Shown piece after piece: positions 6,964 to 16,169 of a DNA stretch of 44,700 nucleotides. Numbering within the stretch: the first letter of the stretch is position 1; each line of letters opens with the position of its first letter. The DNA comes from Gemmatimonadota bacterium. GTDB lineage: Bacteria > Gemmatimonadota > Gemmatimonadetes > Gemmatimonadales > GWC2-71-9. The position numbers and the translations under genes are program-made. The notes under the pieces are model-generated. The model was not told the DNA's origin. It saw only the letters and a list, made by a program, of their open reading frames with translations, and did not search any database. The stretch lies in contig QHTP01000038.1 in the NCBI GenBank assembly GCA_003220855.1, positions 1 to 44,700 of the forward strand, in the 5' to 3' direction.

Positions 6964-8946
6964 ATGTCCAATCTCCTCGTCTCCGAGCCCTCCGCGTACC
7001 TCAAGTCCGCCGCCCACCAGCCGGTGCACTGGCACCCGTGGGGCGACGCGGCGTTCGCCCGTGCCCGTACAGAAGACAAACCCATCCTGCTCGACATCGG
7101 GGCGGTGTGGTGCCACTGGTGCCACGTCATGGACGGCGAGTCGTACGAGGACGCCCGGGTGGCGGAGCTCCTCAATGCGGACTTCGTGTGCATCAAGGTG
7201 GACCGCGACGAGCGACCGGACGTGGACACGCGCTACCAGCGCGCGGTCCAGGCACTCACCGGACAGGGCGGCTGGCCGCTCACCGCGTTCCTCACGCCGG
7301 AGGGCGAGGTGTTCTACGGCGGCACGTATTTCCCGCCGGAGGAGAACCACTTCGGACGGCCGGGATTCCCGTCGGTGCTGCGGCAGGTAGCGGGCATCTA
7401 CCGCCAGCAGCGCGACAAGGTCGCCGAGAACGCCAGGGCGATCCGCCACCACGTCGCCCAATCGCTCGATGAGGCGCAGGGTGGCGACGTGAGCCCCGCG
7501 ACCCTCGAGCGGGCGGCCGCCGACATGGCGCGCCTGTTCGACATCCGCTACGGCGGATTCGGCACCGCACCCAAGTTCCCCCACCCCGCGGCCGCGCAAT
7601 TCCTGCTGGCTCGCTGGCACGACACGGGTGAGGACTGGGTGCGCGACGTGGTTGAGAAAACGCTTACGGGGATGGCGAAGGGCGGGATCCGCGATCACGT
7701 GGGGGGAGGCTTCCATCGCTATGCGGTGGACGAGCGCTGGATCGTGCCGCACTTCGAGAAGATGGCCTACGACAACTCGGAGCTGCTGCACGCCTACCTC
7801 GACGCCTACGCCGCGCTCGGCACGCCGCTCTTCAAGCAGGTGGCGCGGGGGATCGTGGGCTGGGTGCTCGAGGTCCTGTCGGATCGCCAGCGGGGTGCGT
7901 TTCATACGTCCCAGGACGCGGACGTGGCCTTCGGCGATGACGGGGACTACTGGACGTGGACCGTCGATGAACTGCGAGAGGCGTTGCCGGAGACGGCGTT
8001 TGCGGTTGCCCGCCGGGTGTTCGACGTGGAAGAGCACGGGGAAATGCACCACAACCCGCGCAAGAATGTCCTCTGGTGGAAGAGCGATCCGGCGGGCGAC
8101 GACGAATGGCCGGTGCTCGAGGACGCGCTCGTGAAGCTCAAGGCCGCGCGCGATCGTCGTACGGCCCCGTTCATCGACACGACCCCCTACGTGAACTGGA
8201 ACGCCATGATGGCCTCCGCCTTCCTGCACGCCGGCGCCGTGCTCGACCGGCCGGACTGCAATGCACTCGCGCTCCGCGTGCTGCAGCGAATCTGGGGAGA
8301 GGCCTGGGACGGGGGACGCGGGATGGGGCACGTCATCGCGCGGGCCGAGCCACACGGTCTGCTCGAGGACAACGTGCACGCGGCGGCCGCGTTCCTCGAT
8401 GCGTATGAAGCTACCGGCGACGACGCGTGGCTCACGCGGGCGATCGCGGTGATGCATCACTGCCGCAGGGCGCACTGGGACGACACCAAGGGTGGCTTCT
8501 TCGACGTGGCGCGCGACCGCACAGGCTCGGCGTATCTCGCGACGCCCGCCAAGCCGGTGCAGGACGCGCCGACGCCCTCGGGGAACGGTGTGGCCGCGCT
8601 CGTGCTGGCACGCCTCTCGGCGCTGACCGACGACAGGCAATGGCGGAGCCTGCTCGACCGGCAGCTCGCGACGTTCGGGGGCGCGGCGGCGCAGCTGGCG
8701 TTGTACGGGGCGACGCTGTTCCGCGCCGTCGATTGGACGCTCAATCCCCCCACGCGCATCGAGGTCCAAGGGCCTCGGGGCGAGGGAGCGGCCTGCGACA
8801 TGCACCTACTCGCGCTCCAGACGTACCGCCCGCGCCGGCTCGTGATCCGGAGGACCGCCGAGCGGCCCGCTGCAACAGTCTGCGTGGGCACGACGTGCTC
8901 GCTGCCGGTGCCGACGCCCGAAGCGCTGCGGGCCCTGCTCGGGTGA
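6964..8946 (+). CDS. thioredoxin domain-containing protein (DUF255/YyaL family, N-terminal Trx fold + alpha/alpha-toroid)
   Basis: Contains [40 protein letters not shown]...[15 protein letters not shown], characteristic of DUF255. 660 aa. Confidence 0.85.
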   Translation: MSNLLVSEPSAYLKSAAHQPVHWHPWGDAAFARARTEDKPILLDIGAVWCHWCHVMDGESYEDARVAELLNADFVCIKVDRDERPDVDTRYQRAVQALTGQGGWPLTAFLTPEGEVFYGGTYFPPEENHFGRPGFPSVLRQVAGIYRQQRDKVAENARAIRHHVAQSLDEAQGGDVSPATLERAAADMARLFDIRYGGFGTAPKFPHPAAAQFLLARWHDTGEDWVRDVVEKTLTGMAKGGIRDHVGGGFHRYAVDERWIVPHFEKMAYDNSELLHAYLDAYAALGTPLFKQVARGIVGWVLEVLSDRQRGAFHTSQDADVAFGDDGDYWTWTVDELREALPETAFAVARRVFDVEEHGEMHHNPRKNVLWWKSDPAGDDEWPVLEDALVKLKAARDRRTAPFIDTTPYVNWNAMMASAFLHAGAVLDRPDCNALALRVLQRIWGEAWDGGRGMGHVIARAEPHGLLEDNVHAAAAFLDAYEATGDDAWLTRAIAVMHHCRRAHWDDTKGGFFDVARDRTGSAYLATPAKPVQDAPTPSGNGVAALVLARLSALTDDRQWRSLLDRQLATFGGAAAQLALYGATLFRAVDWTLNPPTRIEVQGPRGEGAACDMHLLALQTYRPRRLVIRRTAERPAATVCVGTTCSLPVPTPEALRALLG

Positions 8947-9914
8947 AGCGGCGGGTGCTCGGCCGCACCGGCCTGGCGGTGAGCCCCATCGGCTTCGGGG
9001 CGTGGGCCATCGGTGGCAATCGCTTCGGCAACTCGTACGGCTCCACCGACGACGCCGAGTCGGGGCGCGCGGTACGACGGGCCCACGAGCTGGGATGCAA
9101 CTTCTTCGACACGGCCGACGTGTACGGACACGGGCACTCGGAGGAGGTGCTGGGCGCGGCGCTCGACGGCATCCGGCCCGATGTCGTCATCGCGACGAAG
9201 GTCGGGGGCAACTTCTACAACCGCGACGTGAATCCGCTGCTCATCCCCCGAATCACCGAGGCGCTGGGCCGGCCGCTCGCCGAGGTCGCGCCCGACGCCG
9301 CGCTCCCACTGACGCACGACGCGTGTTTCTCCCCCTCCTACGTCCGGTTTGCGGTCGAGCAATCGCTGCGCCGGCTGCGCACCGATTACATCGACCTGCT
9401 GCAGCTCCACAACCCCACGCTCGGTCTCCTCGCCGACCCGGAGACCTATCGCGTGCTCGACGATCTGAAGGCGGAAGGCAAGATCCGCTTCTACGGCGTC
9501 TCGGTGCACCCGCCCGAAGAAGGCCTCGCGGCGATCGAGGTGACGCGACCAGACACGGTGCAGATCGTGTACAACATCGTGCGCCGCGCCGCGGAAGACC
9601 GCTTCTTTCCCGCCGCGCGCGCCGCCAACGTAGGGGTGATCGCCCGCGAGCCCCTAGCCAACGGCTTCCTCGCCGGCAAGTACCGGCAGGAGAGCATCTG
9701 GGAGAAGGGCGACATCCGGGCGCGCATGCCGCGCCCCTACGTGGCGCAGCTCGCCGCCCTGGGGACGCGCGTCGCGGAGCTGGCCGGGGAGGCGGGTGTC
9801 ACGGCGGCGCAACTCGCCTTGCGGTTCGTGCTGGACAACGACGCCGTGTCGGTGGTGATTGTAGGCATGAAAACCGTGGCACACGTGGACGAGAACCTCT
9901 CCGTGGAGATCTGA
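8943..9914 (+). CDS. aldo/keto reductase
   Basis: GTG start overlaps the previous stop (GTGA). Reads [25 protein letters not shown]...[18 protein letters not shown]...[10 protein letters not shown]...[17 protein letters not shown]. The longer 495-aa track ORF overlaps the DUF255 gene out of frame. Confidence 0.9.
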   Translation: MKRRVLGRTGLAVSPIGFGAWAIGGNRFGNSYGSTDDAESGRAVRRAHELGCNFFDTADVYGHGHSEEVLGAALDGIRPDVVIATKVGGNFYNRDVNPLLIPRITEALGRPLAEVAPDAALPLTHDACFSPSYVRFAVEQSLRRLRTDYIDLLQLHNPTLGLLADPETYRVLDDLKAEGKIRFYGVSVHPPEEGLAAIEVTRPDTVQIVYNIVRRAAEDRFFPAARAANVGVIAREPLANGFLAGKYRQESIWEKGDIRARMPRPYVAQLAALGTRVAELAGEAGVTAAQLALRFVLDNDAVSVVIVGMKTVAHVDENLSVEI

Positions 9915-10363
9915 TGCCGAACAAGCAGGCCGTATTCGAGACCGCCAAGGGACGCATCGAGGTGGACCTGTTCGCCGACGAGGTGCCGGGCACGGTCGCC
10001 AACTTCGAGAAGCTCGCCAACGCCGGCTTCTACGACGGAACCAGGTTTCATCGCGTGATCCCCAACTTCATGATTCAGGGCGGCGATCCCTACTCCAAGA
10101 CCGGGAAGGGACGCGTCGGCACCGGCGGGCCGGGCTATACCATCAAGTGCGAGACCGCCAAGAACGTCCACAAGCACGTGGTGGGCACGCTCTCGATGGC
10201 CCACGCCGGCAAGGACACGGGAGGCAGCCAGTTCTTCATCTGTCACTCGGCGCAGCCGCACCTCGACGGAGTCCACACCGTGTTCGGACAGGTCAGCAAG
10301 GGGCAGGACGTGGTGAACAAGATCGCCCAGAACGACGAAGTGAAATCGATTCGCGTGATGTAA
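9914..10363 (+). CDS. peptidyl-prolyl cis-trans isomerase, cyclophilin type
   Basis: Reads [20 protein letters not shown]...[15 protein letters not shown]...[36 protein letters not shown] 1-nt overlap with the reductase stop. Confidence 0.92.
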   Translation: MPNKQAVFETAKGRIEVDLFADEVPGTVANFEKLANAGFYDGTRFHRVIPNFMIQGGDPYSKTGKGRVGTGGPGYTIKCETAKNVHKHVVGTLSMAHAGKDTGGSQFFICHSAQPHLDGVHTVFGQVSKGQDVVNKIAQNDEVKSIRVM

Positions 10364-10379
10364 TCCAACGGAGCCAGCC

Positions 10380-11510
10380 ATGCGCACTCTCGTCCTCGCC
10401 ACCCTGTCCCTCGCGATCCCGCCGGCCCTCGCCGCGCAGACCGGTCAGTTCGTCGTGCGGCTGGGCAACGACACGCTCGCGATCGAGCAGTATACGCGCA
10501 CCCGCGACCGGCTGCAGGGCGAGCAGGCGGTGCGCAGCCCGCGCACCGTGCACCGGCTCTACAGCGCCACCTTCGGATCGGGCGGCGCCATCGCCCGGTT
10601 CGAGCTCGTCACCCACAACGTGTCGGGCGCGCCCGGCCCGGCGGAGACGAGGGCCGGGGCCGAGTTCACGGGCGACTCCGCCGTGGTGACGGTGCCACGC
10701 CGCGACTCGACGGTCACGCTGCGGGTGAAGGCGGGTCCGGGGGCAGTGCCGTTCATCGGCCAGGGATTCGGCCTCATCGAGGAGGTGACGCGCCGGGCGC
10801 GGGCCTCGGGGGACGCCCGCTACACCACGACCATGTTGCCGCTCGGCGACACCGAGCCGATGCAGGTGACCGTCACCGCCCGGGGAGCCGATTCGCTCAC
10901 GATCGTACTGGGCACGATTGGGCCGCTGCGGGCGCGCGTGGACGCCCAGGGCACGCTGCTCGGTCTCAGCGGAATAGGCAGCACGATGCAGGTGACGGTC
11001 GAGCGCGCCCAGGGGCTCGACTTCGCTACGCTCGGGAAGGCGTTCGCGCCACGCTCGCTCGGCGTGCTCTCGCCGCCCGATTCGGTCACGACGAGCGTCG
11101 CCGGCGCCACGCTGGCCGTGCGCTACAGCCGGCCCTCGACGCGCGGCCGCGCCATCTTCGGGAACGTGGTTCCCTGGAACCAGGTGTGGCGCACCGGCGC
11201 GAACCAGGCGACGCTGTTCGAGACGAGCGCCGATCTCGTGATCGCCGGCACGGTTGTGCCTGCGGGCAAGTACTCCCTGTGGACGCTCCCTTCACCCGGC
11301 GGCTGGAAGCTCATCGTTAACAAGAACACCGGTCAGTGGGGCACCGACTACAACGCGCAGTACGACCTCGCGCGGCTCGACATGGGCGTGGAGCAGCTGC
11401 CGCAACCCGTGGAGCAGTTCACCATCGCGATCGAGCCGCGCGGCACGGGCGGCGTGCTCAAGCTGGAATGGGACCACACGCGGGCATCGGTGCCGTTTTC
11501 TCGAAAGTGA
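10380..11510 (+). CDS. DUF2911 domain-containing secreted protein
   Basis: Signal peptide MRTLVLATLSLAIPPALAAQ. The C-terminal part has VPWNQVWRTGANQATLFETSADLVIAG..VPAGKYSLWTLPSPGGWKLIVNKNTGQWG, typical of DUF2911. GGAG lies 10 nt upstream of the ATG. Confidence 0.75.
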   Translation: MRTLVLATLSLAIPPALAAQTGQFVVRLGNDTLAIEQYTRTRDRLQGEQAVRSPRTVHRLYSATFGSGGAIARFELVTHNVSGAPGPAETRAGAEFTGDSAVVTVPRRDSTVTLRVKAGPGAVPFIGQGFGLIEEVTRRARASGDARYTTTMLPLGDTEPMQVTVTARGADSLTIVLGTIGPLRARVDAQGTLLGLSGIGSTMQVTVERAQGLDFATLGKAFAPRSLGVLSPPDSVTTSVAGATLAVRYSRPSTRGRAIFGNVVPWNQVWRTGANQATLFETSADLVIAGTVVPAGKYSLWTLPSPGGWKLIVNKNTGQWGTDYNAQYDLARLDMGVEQLPQPVEQFTIAIEPRGTGGVLKLEWDHTRASVPFSRK

Positions 11511-11514
11511 GCTC

Positions 11515-11952
11515 ATGCATCTCGACTTCGCCGTCGTCGCCGACTACGCGATCGTCGATCAGGCCGGCAAGCTGTCGGTGCTGGGCATGTTCCAGCACAT
11601 CTGGGTGCAGCAGTTCCCGGCGATGCACCCGCGGCTGCACCTGGTGCTGCGCCTCAAAGGTAAGCGCACGGAGGTCGGCGAGCATCACGTACAGATCCGG
11701 CTGTTGGACGAGCAGCACCAGGAGATCCTCGGCGGGACGGGCAACGTGAGTTTTGCCGAGCCGCCCGCGGGCGTGACCGACATCGAGGCGGGCGCGATCC
11801 TGGTGTTCGACGTGCCGTTCCCGCACGCCGGCGCGTACCGTTTCGAGATCACGATCGACGGCCAGGGCAAAGCCGCCGTCCCCCTGACGGTGAGCCAGCT
11901 CCCGGCCTCACCGGGCGCGACGCCGGGCCCCGGGGGCCAGCGACTGCACTAG
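11515..11952 (+). CDS. hypothetical small beta-rich protein (resembles the DUF6941-type family; identification uncertain)
   Basis: ATG 11515 lies 4 nt after the DUF2911 stop. Reads MHLDFAVVADYAIVDQAGKLSVLGMFQHIWVQQFPAMHPRLHLVLRLKG...GAYRFEITIDGQ. Good GC3 bias. Confidence 0.6.
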   Translation: MHLDFAVVADYAIVDQAGKLSVLGMFQHIWVQQFPAMHPRLHLVLRLKGKRTEVGEHHVQIRLLDEQHQEILGGTGNVSFAEPPAGVTDIEAGAILVFDVPFPHAGAYRFEITIDGQGKAAVPLTVSQLPASPGATPGPGGQRLH

Positions 11953-11973
11953 CCCTGCCACCGACCGGGCCAT

Positions 11974-12381
11974 TCAGCGCTCGATGCGGAGCTCCTCCCA
12001 TGCGACCTGACGGGCCCGCACCACATCGCGGACCTGTCGCTCCCGGCCCGTCAACCCGGACCCTCCCGTCTTGATCTCGATGAAGACCACGCGGCGTAGC
12101 TCGCCGTCGTCGAGACCGTCGAACACCAGCAGGTCGACGGGACTGCCGAGAAAGCGGGCGTCCTTGGGATTGAACCCGAATTCCGGGAGGTAGGGAACGA
12201 GCTGCTCGTGCACCTTGCCGGTCGTCACGGCCTGGCTGCGCTGCACCGCGTCCTGACGGATCGCCTGCGTGTAGCGCGCCTTCCACTGCTGGATGTACAA
12301 CAGGGCCACGAGCAGCCCGATCCCGATGCCGAGGATGAGCACCAAGACCAAGAGGGGGAGCAGACGGGTGTCGCTCGGCAT
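11974..12381 (-). CDS. membrane-anchored Holliday-junction-resolvase-like endonuclease family protein (Endonuc_Holl-like)
   Basis: N-terminal TM LLPLLVLVLILGIGIGLLVALLYI, then GKVHEQLVPYLPEFGFNPKDARFLGSPVDLLVFDGL...VVFIEIKTGGSGLTGRERQVRDVV, the pattern I recall for this family. Confidence 0.65.
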   Translation of the reverse strand: MPSDTRLLPLLVLVLILGIGIGLLVALLYIQQWKARYTQAIRQDAVQRSQAVTTGKVHEQLVPYLPEFGFNPKDARFLGSPVDLLVFDGLDDGELRRVVFIEIKTGGSGLTGRERQVRDVVRARQVAWEELRIER

Positions 12382-12394
12382 GAAGGAGTCCTGG

Positions 12395-13771
12395 TCAGGC
12401 GCCGCGATACAAACCGATGCGCAGCCGTCGCGGCGTGGCGACCGCGTCTTGCACCTCGACCCGCACTCTGCGCACCGTCGCGGATTCGAACCGGTCGAGC
12501 TTGCGGTAGCCGACCGTCGTCCCGCGCGCGAGTTCCCGCCAGTCTGCCCCGTCCGCTGCAGGCGCTCCCTGGAGCGCGTAGCGCGCGACGCACTGCCCGC
12601 GCGTGATGTCCTCCTCCAGCCGGCTGACGCCGACCGTCACCGTCCGGCCCAGATCCAGCTCGGCCGCCGCACTGTGCGCGCCGGTGACACGCCAGTCGAC
12701 GGGCCGGCCGGCTGCGAAATCCTCGGCGAAGAGCGCCGTCAGGTGCGTCCGAAGCTCGGCGAGCCGCGCCACGTCGGTCGCGTGCAGCAGACCCTGACGC
12801 GTCGGCGGGACGTTCAAGAGCAGCTTCGAGTTCCGGCCCACCGAGGTGAACCAGATGTCGGTCAGCTGATCCAGCGACTTGACGCGCTGATCCTCGCCGG
12901 GGTGATGGAACCAGCCCGGGCGAATCGACGTGTCCGTCTCGGCGGGGCGCCACACCGAGCCGTGCGGATCGCCGCTTTGCAGGGCGGCGATGACGCCGTC
13001 GCCGGACGCGCCCGGGTACGGAACCGCCGTCGGGTCCATCGTCGACCAGTTCGGGTCGCCGGCCGCGCCGGCTTCGTTGCCGCACCAGCGCACGTCGGGA
13101 CCGGCGTCGGAGAACATCACGGCGCGGGGCTGGAGCCGCCGCACCAGGCCGAAGATACGCGGCCAATCGTACGCCTGGCGGCGCCCGTTGGGCCCTTCGC
13201 CGTTGGCGCCGTCGAACCACACCTCGGCAATGGGGCCGTAGCGCGTGAGCAACTCGGTGAGCTGCGCGCAGTAAAAGTCGTTGTAACGCGGCGAGTCCCC
13301 GTACACCGGCGCGTTGCGATCCCACGGCGACAGGTACAGCCCGGCGCGCAATCCCTCGCGCCGGCACGCGTCGGTGAACTCGCGCACCACGTCCCCCGCT
13401 CCGCCCCGCCACGCACTCCGCGCCACCGAGTGCGTCGTGAGCCCGCTGGGCCAGAGGCAGAAGCCGTCGTGATGCTTGGCGGTGAGGATCAGGGCGCGCG
13501 CGCCGGCCGCCCGGGCCGCACGGGCCCACTGGCCCGCGTCGAGCGCGGCCGGCGTGAACAGCGTCGGGTCCTCGCGCCCGTCGCCCCACTCCCGGTCCGT
13601 GAACGTGTTGACCCCGAAGTGGAGGAACAGCGCCAACTCGTCGCGCTGCCAGGCGAGCTGCGACGGCGAAGGGCGGGGGCGGGCCCGGACCGCACTCGGG
13701 AGTTGCACGGCGCTCCCGCCGAGCGCCGTCGCGATCGTGGTCGCGAAGGCCCGCCGGCTGAGCGTCACCAC
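12395..13771 (-). CDS. alpha-L-fucosidase (GH29) with C-terminal F5/8 type C-like domain
   Basis: GTG start 1 nt after the upstream stop. Tat-like leader MVTLSRRAFATTIATALGG. Contains FLHFGVNTF, LTAKHHDGFCLWPS, YLSPWDR and EVWFDGANGEG. Confidence 0.85.
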   Translation of the reverse strand: MVTLSRRAFATTIATALGGSAVQLPSAVRARPRPSPSQLAWQRDELALFLHFGVNTFTDREWGDGREDPTLFTPAALDAGQWARAARAAGARALILTAKHHDGFCLWPSGLTTHSVARSAWRGGAGDVVREFTDACRREGLRAGLYLSPWDRNAPVYGDSPRYNDFYCAQLTELLTRYGPIAEVWFDGANGEGPNGRRQAYDWPRIFGLVRRLQPRAVMFSDAGPDVRWCGNEAGAAGDPNWSTMDPTAVPYPGASGDGVIAALQSGDPHGSVWRPAETDTSIRPGWFHHPGEDQRVKSLDQLTDIWFTSVGRNSKLLLNVPPTRQGLLHATDVARLAELRTHLTALFAEDFAAGRPVDWRVTGAHSAAAELDLGRTVTVGVSRLEEDITRGQCVARYALQGAPAADGADWRELARGTTVGYRKLDRFESATVRRVRVEVQDAVATPRRLRIGLYRGA

Positions 13772-13772
13772 C

Positions 13773-15123
13773 TTACCGCGCCGGCACTGCGGACACGAGC
13801 AGCGCCAGCGCCTTCTTCAGGCTCTCCGCTCCGATCGCCGCGCCACGGTAGTGCCCCTGCCGCACGACGACGAGATCGTGGGACGGGATGATCGCGGTGA
13901 GCTGGCCGCCGGCGCCGGCCATGAAGTAGGCGTCCCTGGGAATGGGCAAGTCTCCGTCCCCGTTGATCCAGAAGAAGCCGCCGTAGATGAGGCGACCGTC
14001 GGCCGCCCACGCCGGAGCCACAGTGCTCACGAACCGCACGAACCCCTCCGGCAGAATGCGCTCGCCGTTCCACACGCCGTCCTGGAGGTAGAGGTTCCCT
14101 AGGCGGGCCCAGTCGCGCGCCGCAGCGAAGTCGTATCCCTGCGTCAGGAAGTCGCCGTAGGGGTCGGTCTCGATCACCACCGAGCGCATCCCCAGCTTGT
14201 CGAACAGGGCCCGCCGCGGGAACGAGAGGTAGTCCCCCCCCCGCTGCTCGACGGCGAGTCGGATCAGGTAATTCACCAGGGCCCGACGGATCGTAGTCGG
14301 GATCCTGCGGCGCGCGAATGCGCAACCCGCTCGACATGTTGAGGAGGTCGGCGATGCGGATCTTCGCGCGCGGGTCGCCCGGCTGCTGCCACTCCGGCAC
14401 CGGCGCCGGCTGCCACAGGTCGTAGGCACGCTGCCGGATCAAGATCCCCATCAGCGTGGCCGTGATGCTCTTGCCCATCGACCAGCTCTCCAGCGGGGTG
14501 CGCGCGGTGATGCCCTGGCCGTAGCGCTCTCCCACGATCCGCCCCTTCCACGTCACCACGAAGGCAGCCGTCATGGCCTCGGCCGGCTCGAATGCGGCGT
14601 CCACCGCCCGGCCCACCTTGGCGGAGTCGAGTTGGGGTGGCGGCGGGCCCGGCGGCAGCACGTCCCCCATGGGCCACGGCTCGGTCGCGGGATCCGGCAG
14701 CCGGCTGGCGACACGCTCGGGCCTGAAGCTCGGTGCTTGCCCGCCGCGAGGGAGCGTGACGCATCCCTGGTCCCCCAGATAGAGCGCGGTGCGGGTGACC
14801 CCGTTGGGAAGCGTGACGCGCACGGCCTTGCGCGCGCGGTCGATCGCCGGCTTCCCCAGCTTGGCACGCTCCTCGTAGGGCGCCGTGAAGAAGCCGAGGT
14901 TCTCGGCAGCGAACTCGGCCTCGAGGCCAGTGACGAACACGGCGGAGCAGATGATCTTGGCAAAGCCCGCCGCATGGTGCTCCAGCGGATCGCCCGGTGG
15001 CGGAACGTAGGGCGTGCTCAGCTCCAGGGCCTTGGCGCGCGCGATCAGCGTGGGATGCGACTCCTGAGCGCACGCCGAGATCGCGACGATCAGCAAGGCG
15101 GTGGAGGGACGGCCGCGCCTCAC
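13773..15123 (-). pseudogene. serine hydrolase (beta-lactamase/transpeptidase-like), frameshifted
   Basis: The N-terminal frame (from GTG 15123) makes sense up to ...SWSMGKSITATLMG (S-x-x-K)...LLNMSSGLRIRAPQDPDYDPSGP. The sensible text then continues in another frame (ORF 13773..14429): ALVNYLIRLAVEQRGGDYLSFPRRALFDKLGMRSVVIETDPYGDF...AGAGGQLTAIIPSHDLVVV. The frame switch is near 14271..14290. Confidence 0.7.
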
Positions 15124-15124
15124 C

Positions 15125-15346
15125 TTAGACGGCCGCCTCAGTCTGACCGCGCACGTGCAGCGAGCGGAACAACACCCGGCCCGCGGCGGCCACGTCGCTC
15201 ACCGCACGGTCGAACGCGGCCTCGTTGGCCTGGGAGGGGGCGTGGAAGCCGCTGATCTTGCGCACGAATTGCAGCGCGGCGTCGTGCAGCTCCTGGTCGC
15301 TGGGCGGATGATCGGCATGACGCAGCCGTTTGATGTTTCGGCACAT
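15125..15346 (-). CDS. DUF2277 domain-containing protein
   Basis: MCRNIKRLRHADHPPSDQELHDAALQFVRKISGFHAPSQANEAAFDRAV.. is the hallmark MCRNIK...ALQFVRK..G...PS.AN..AF pattern. Its TAA stop lies 1 nt before the next gene's GTG. Confidence 0.8.
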   Translation of the reverse strand: MCRNIKRLRHADHPPSDQELHDAALQFVRKISGFHAPSQANEAAFDRAVSDVAAAGRVLFRSLHVRGQTEAAV

Positions 15347-15544
15347 GGCAGTCGGGCCTTGGTGAGAGGTTCTGCTTCAAGCTGCGGAGCCAGAGCGAGC
15401 GGCGCCAGGGCGGCGCCACTATTCTGACTCGGCGACCTGACCGCGCCGGGGCTCGCCGCGCTCCACCTGGATCCCATCGGCCCGGTATCGGAGAAACTGG
15501 GCCGGTAGACCGCCGCCGTGCGTGGCGAGGCCGCCTCGACCTGC

Positions 15545-15550
15545 TAAGAT
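15545..15550 (+). promoter_or_regulatory. -10-like TAAGAT box, 5 nt upstream of ATG 15556
   Basis: ctgcTAAGATagagcATGgaa. There is no Shine-Dalgarno between the box and the ATG. Confidence 0.25.
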
Positions 15551-15555
15551 AGAGC

Positions 15556-15825
15556 ATGGAACAATACGGCTGGGCCATCGGCGTCGGCATCATCGTCATT
15601 GCGGTGTCGCTGAGCAAGGCCGTGCCCGCACTGGTGCGCGCGTTCGCCGATCGGATTTCCGCTCGTAACGGCGCGCCCGCCGCCGGCAGCGCGCCCTCCG
15701 CCTCCGCCGCAGCCCTCGACGACCTACAGCGACGGGTGGCCGAGCTGGAAGAGCGCGTCGATTTTGCCGAGCGCCTGCTCGCCAAGCAGCGCGAGGCCGA
15801 GCGTTTGGCGAAGCCGCCGTCCTGA
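15556..15825 (+). CDS. small membrane protein, N-terminal TM + C-terminal coiled coil ending in the ELEERVDFAERLLA motif
   Basis: 89 aa. TM WAIGVGIIVIAVSL, an Ala/Ser-rich linker, then LDDLQRRVAELEERVDFAERLLAKQRE. A paralogue lies at 35888..36172. Confidence 0.65.
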   Translation: MEQYGWAIGVGIIVIAVSLSKAVPALVRAFADRISARNGAPAAGSAPSASAAALDDLQRRVAELEERVDFAERLLAKQREAERLAKPPS

Positions 15826-16169
15826 CGCCCCGGTCGGGTATTCACATCACTGCTCCCCCGCCGGCCCGTCCGTTCGCCGGACCGCCGCTGCTCCTGCTCC
15901 TGGCCTGCATCGCGCTGGGCTGGAACCTGAACGGCTACCGCCTGCTCGACCCCGACGAAGGCCGCAACGCCGAGGTGGCGCGCGAGATGGCTCGGACCAA
16001 CGATTATCTCGTCCCGCACCTGGACGGCCTGCCCTACCTCGACAAGCCGATCGTCTACTTCGCAGCCGCCGCCGGAGTCATGGAGCTCGTGGGCTTCACC
16101 GAGACCGCCGCCCGGCTCCCTGCCTACATCGCGACGCTCGCGACCATCGGGTTGCTGGTGTCGTTCGCG

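Noticed and set aside
5631-8805. Long minus-strand ORFs 5631..7229 (532 aa) and 6724..8805 (693 aa)
   Set aside because: They are antisense to the M20 amidohydrolase and DUF255 genes, which carry clear motifs. Composition is Arg/Gly/His-rich with no motifs.
12225-13891. ORFs 12225..13589 (-, 454 aa) and 12293..13891 (+, 532 aa) overlapping the fucosidase gene
   Set aside because: Only the 12395..13771 minus frame gives GH29 motifs. The others are Arg/Pro/Gly-rich alternative or antisense frames.
14234-14242. C9/G9 homopolymer as the frameshift site of the serine hydrolase
   Set aside because: The tract lies inside the C-terminal frame (..VEQRGGDYLSF..), where the translation is sensible on both sides. 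The frame switch is further upstream in the gene (near 14271..14290). It remains a slippage-prone site but does not explain the break.
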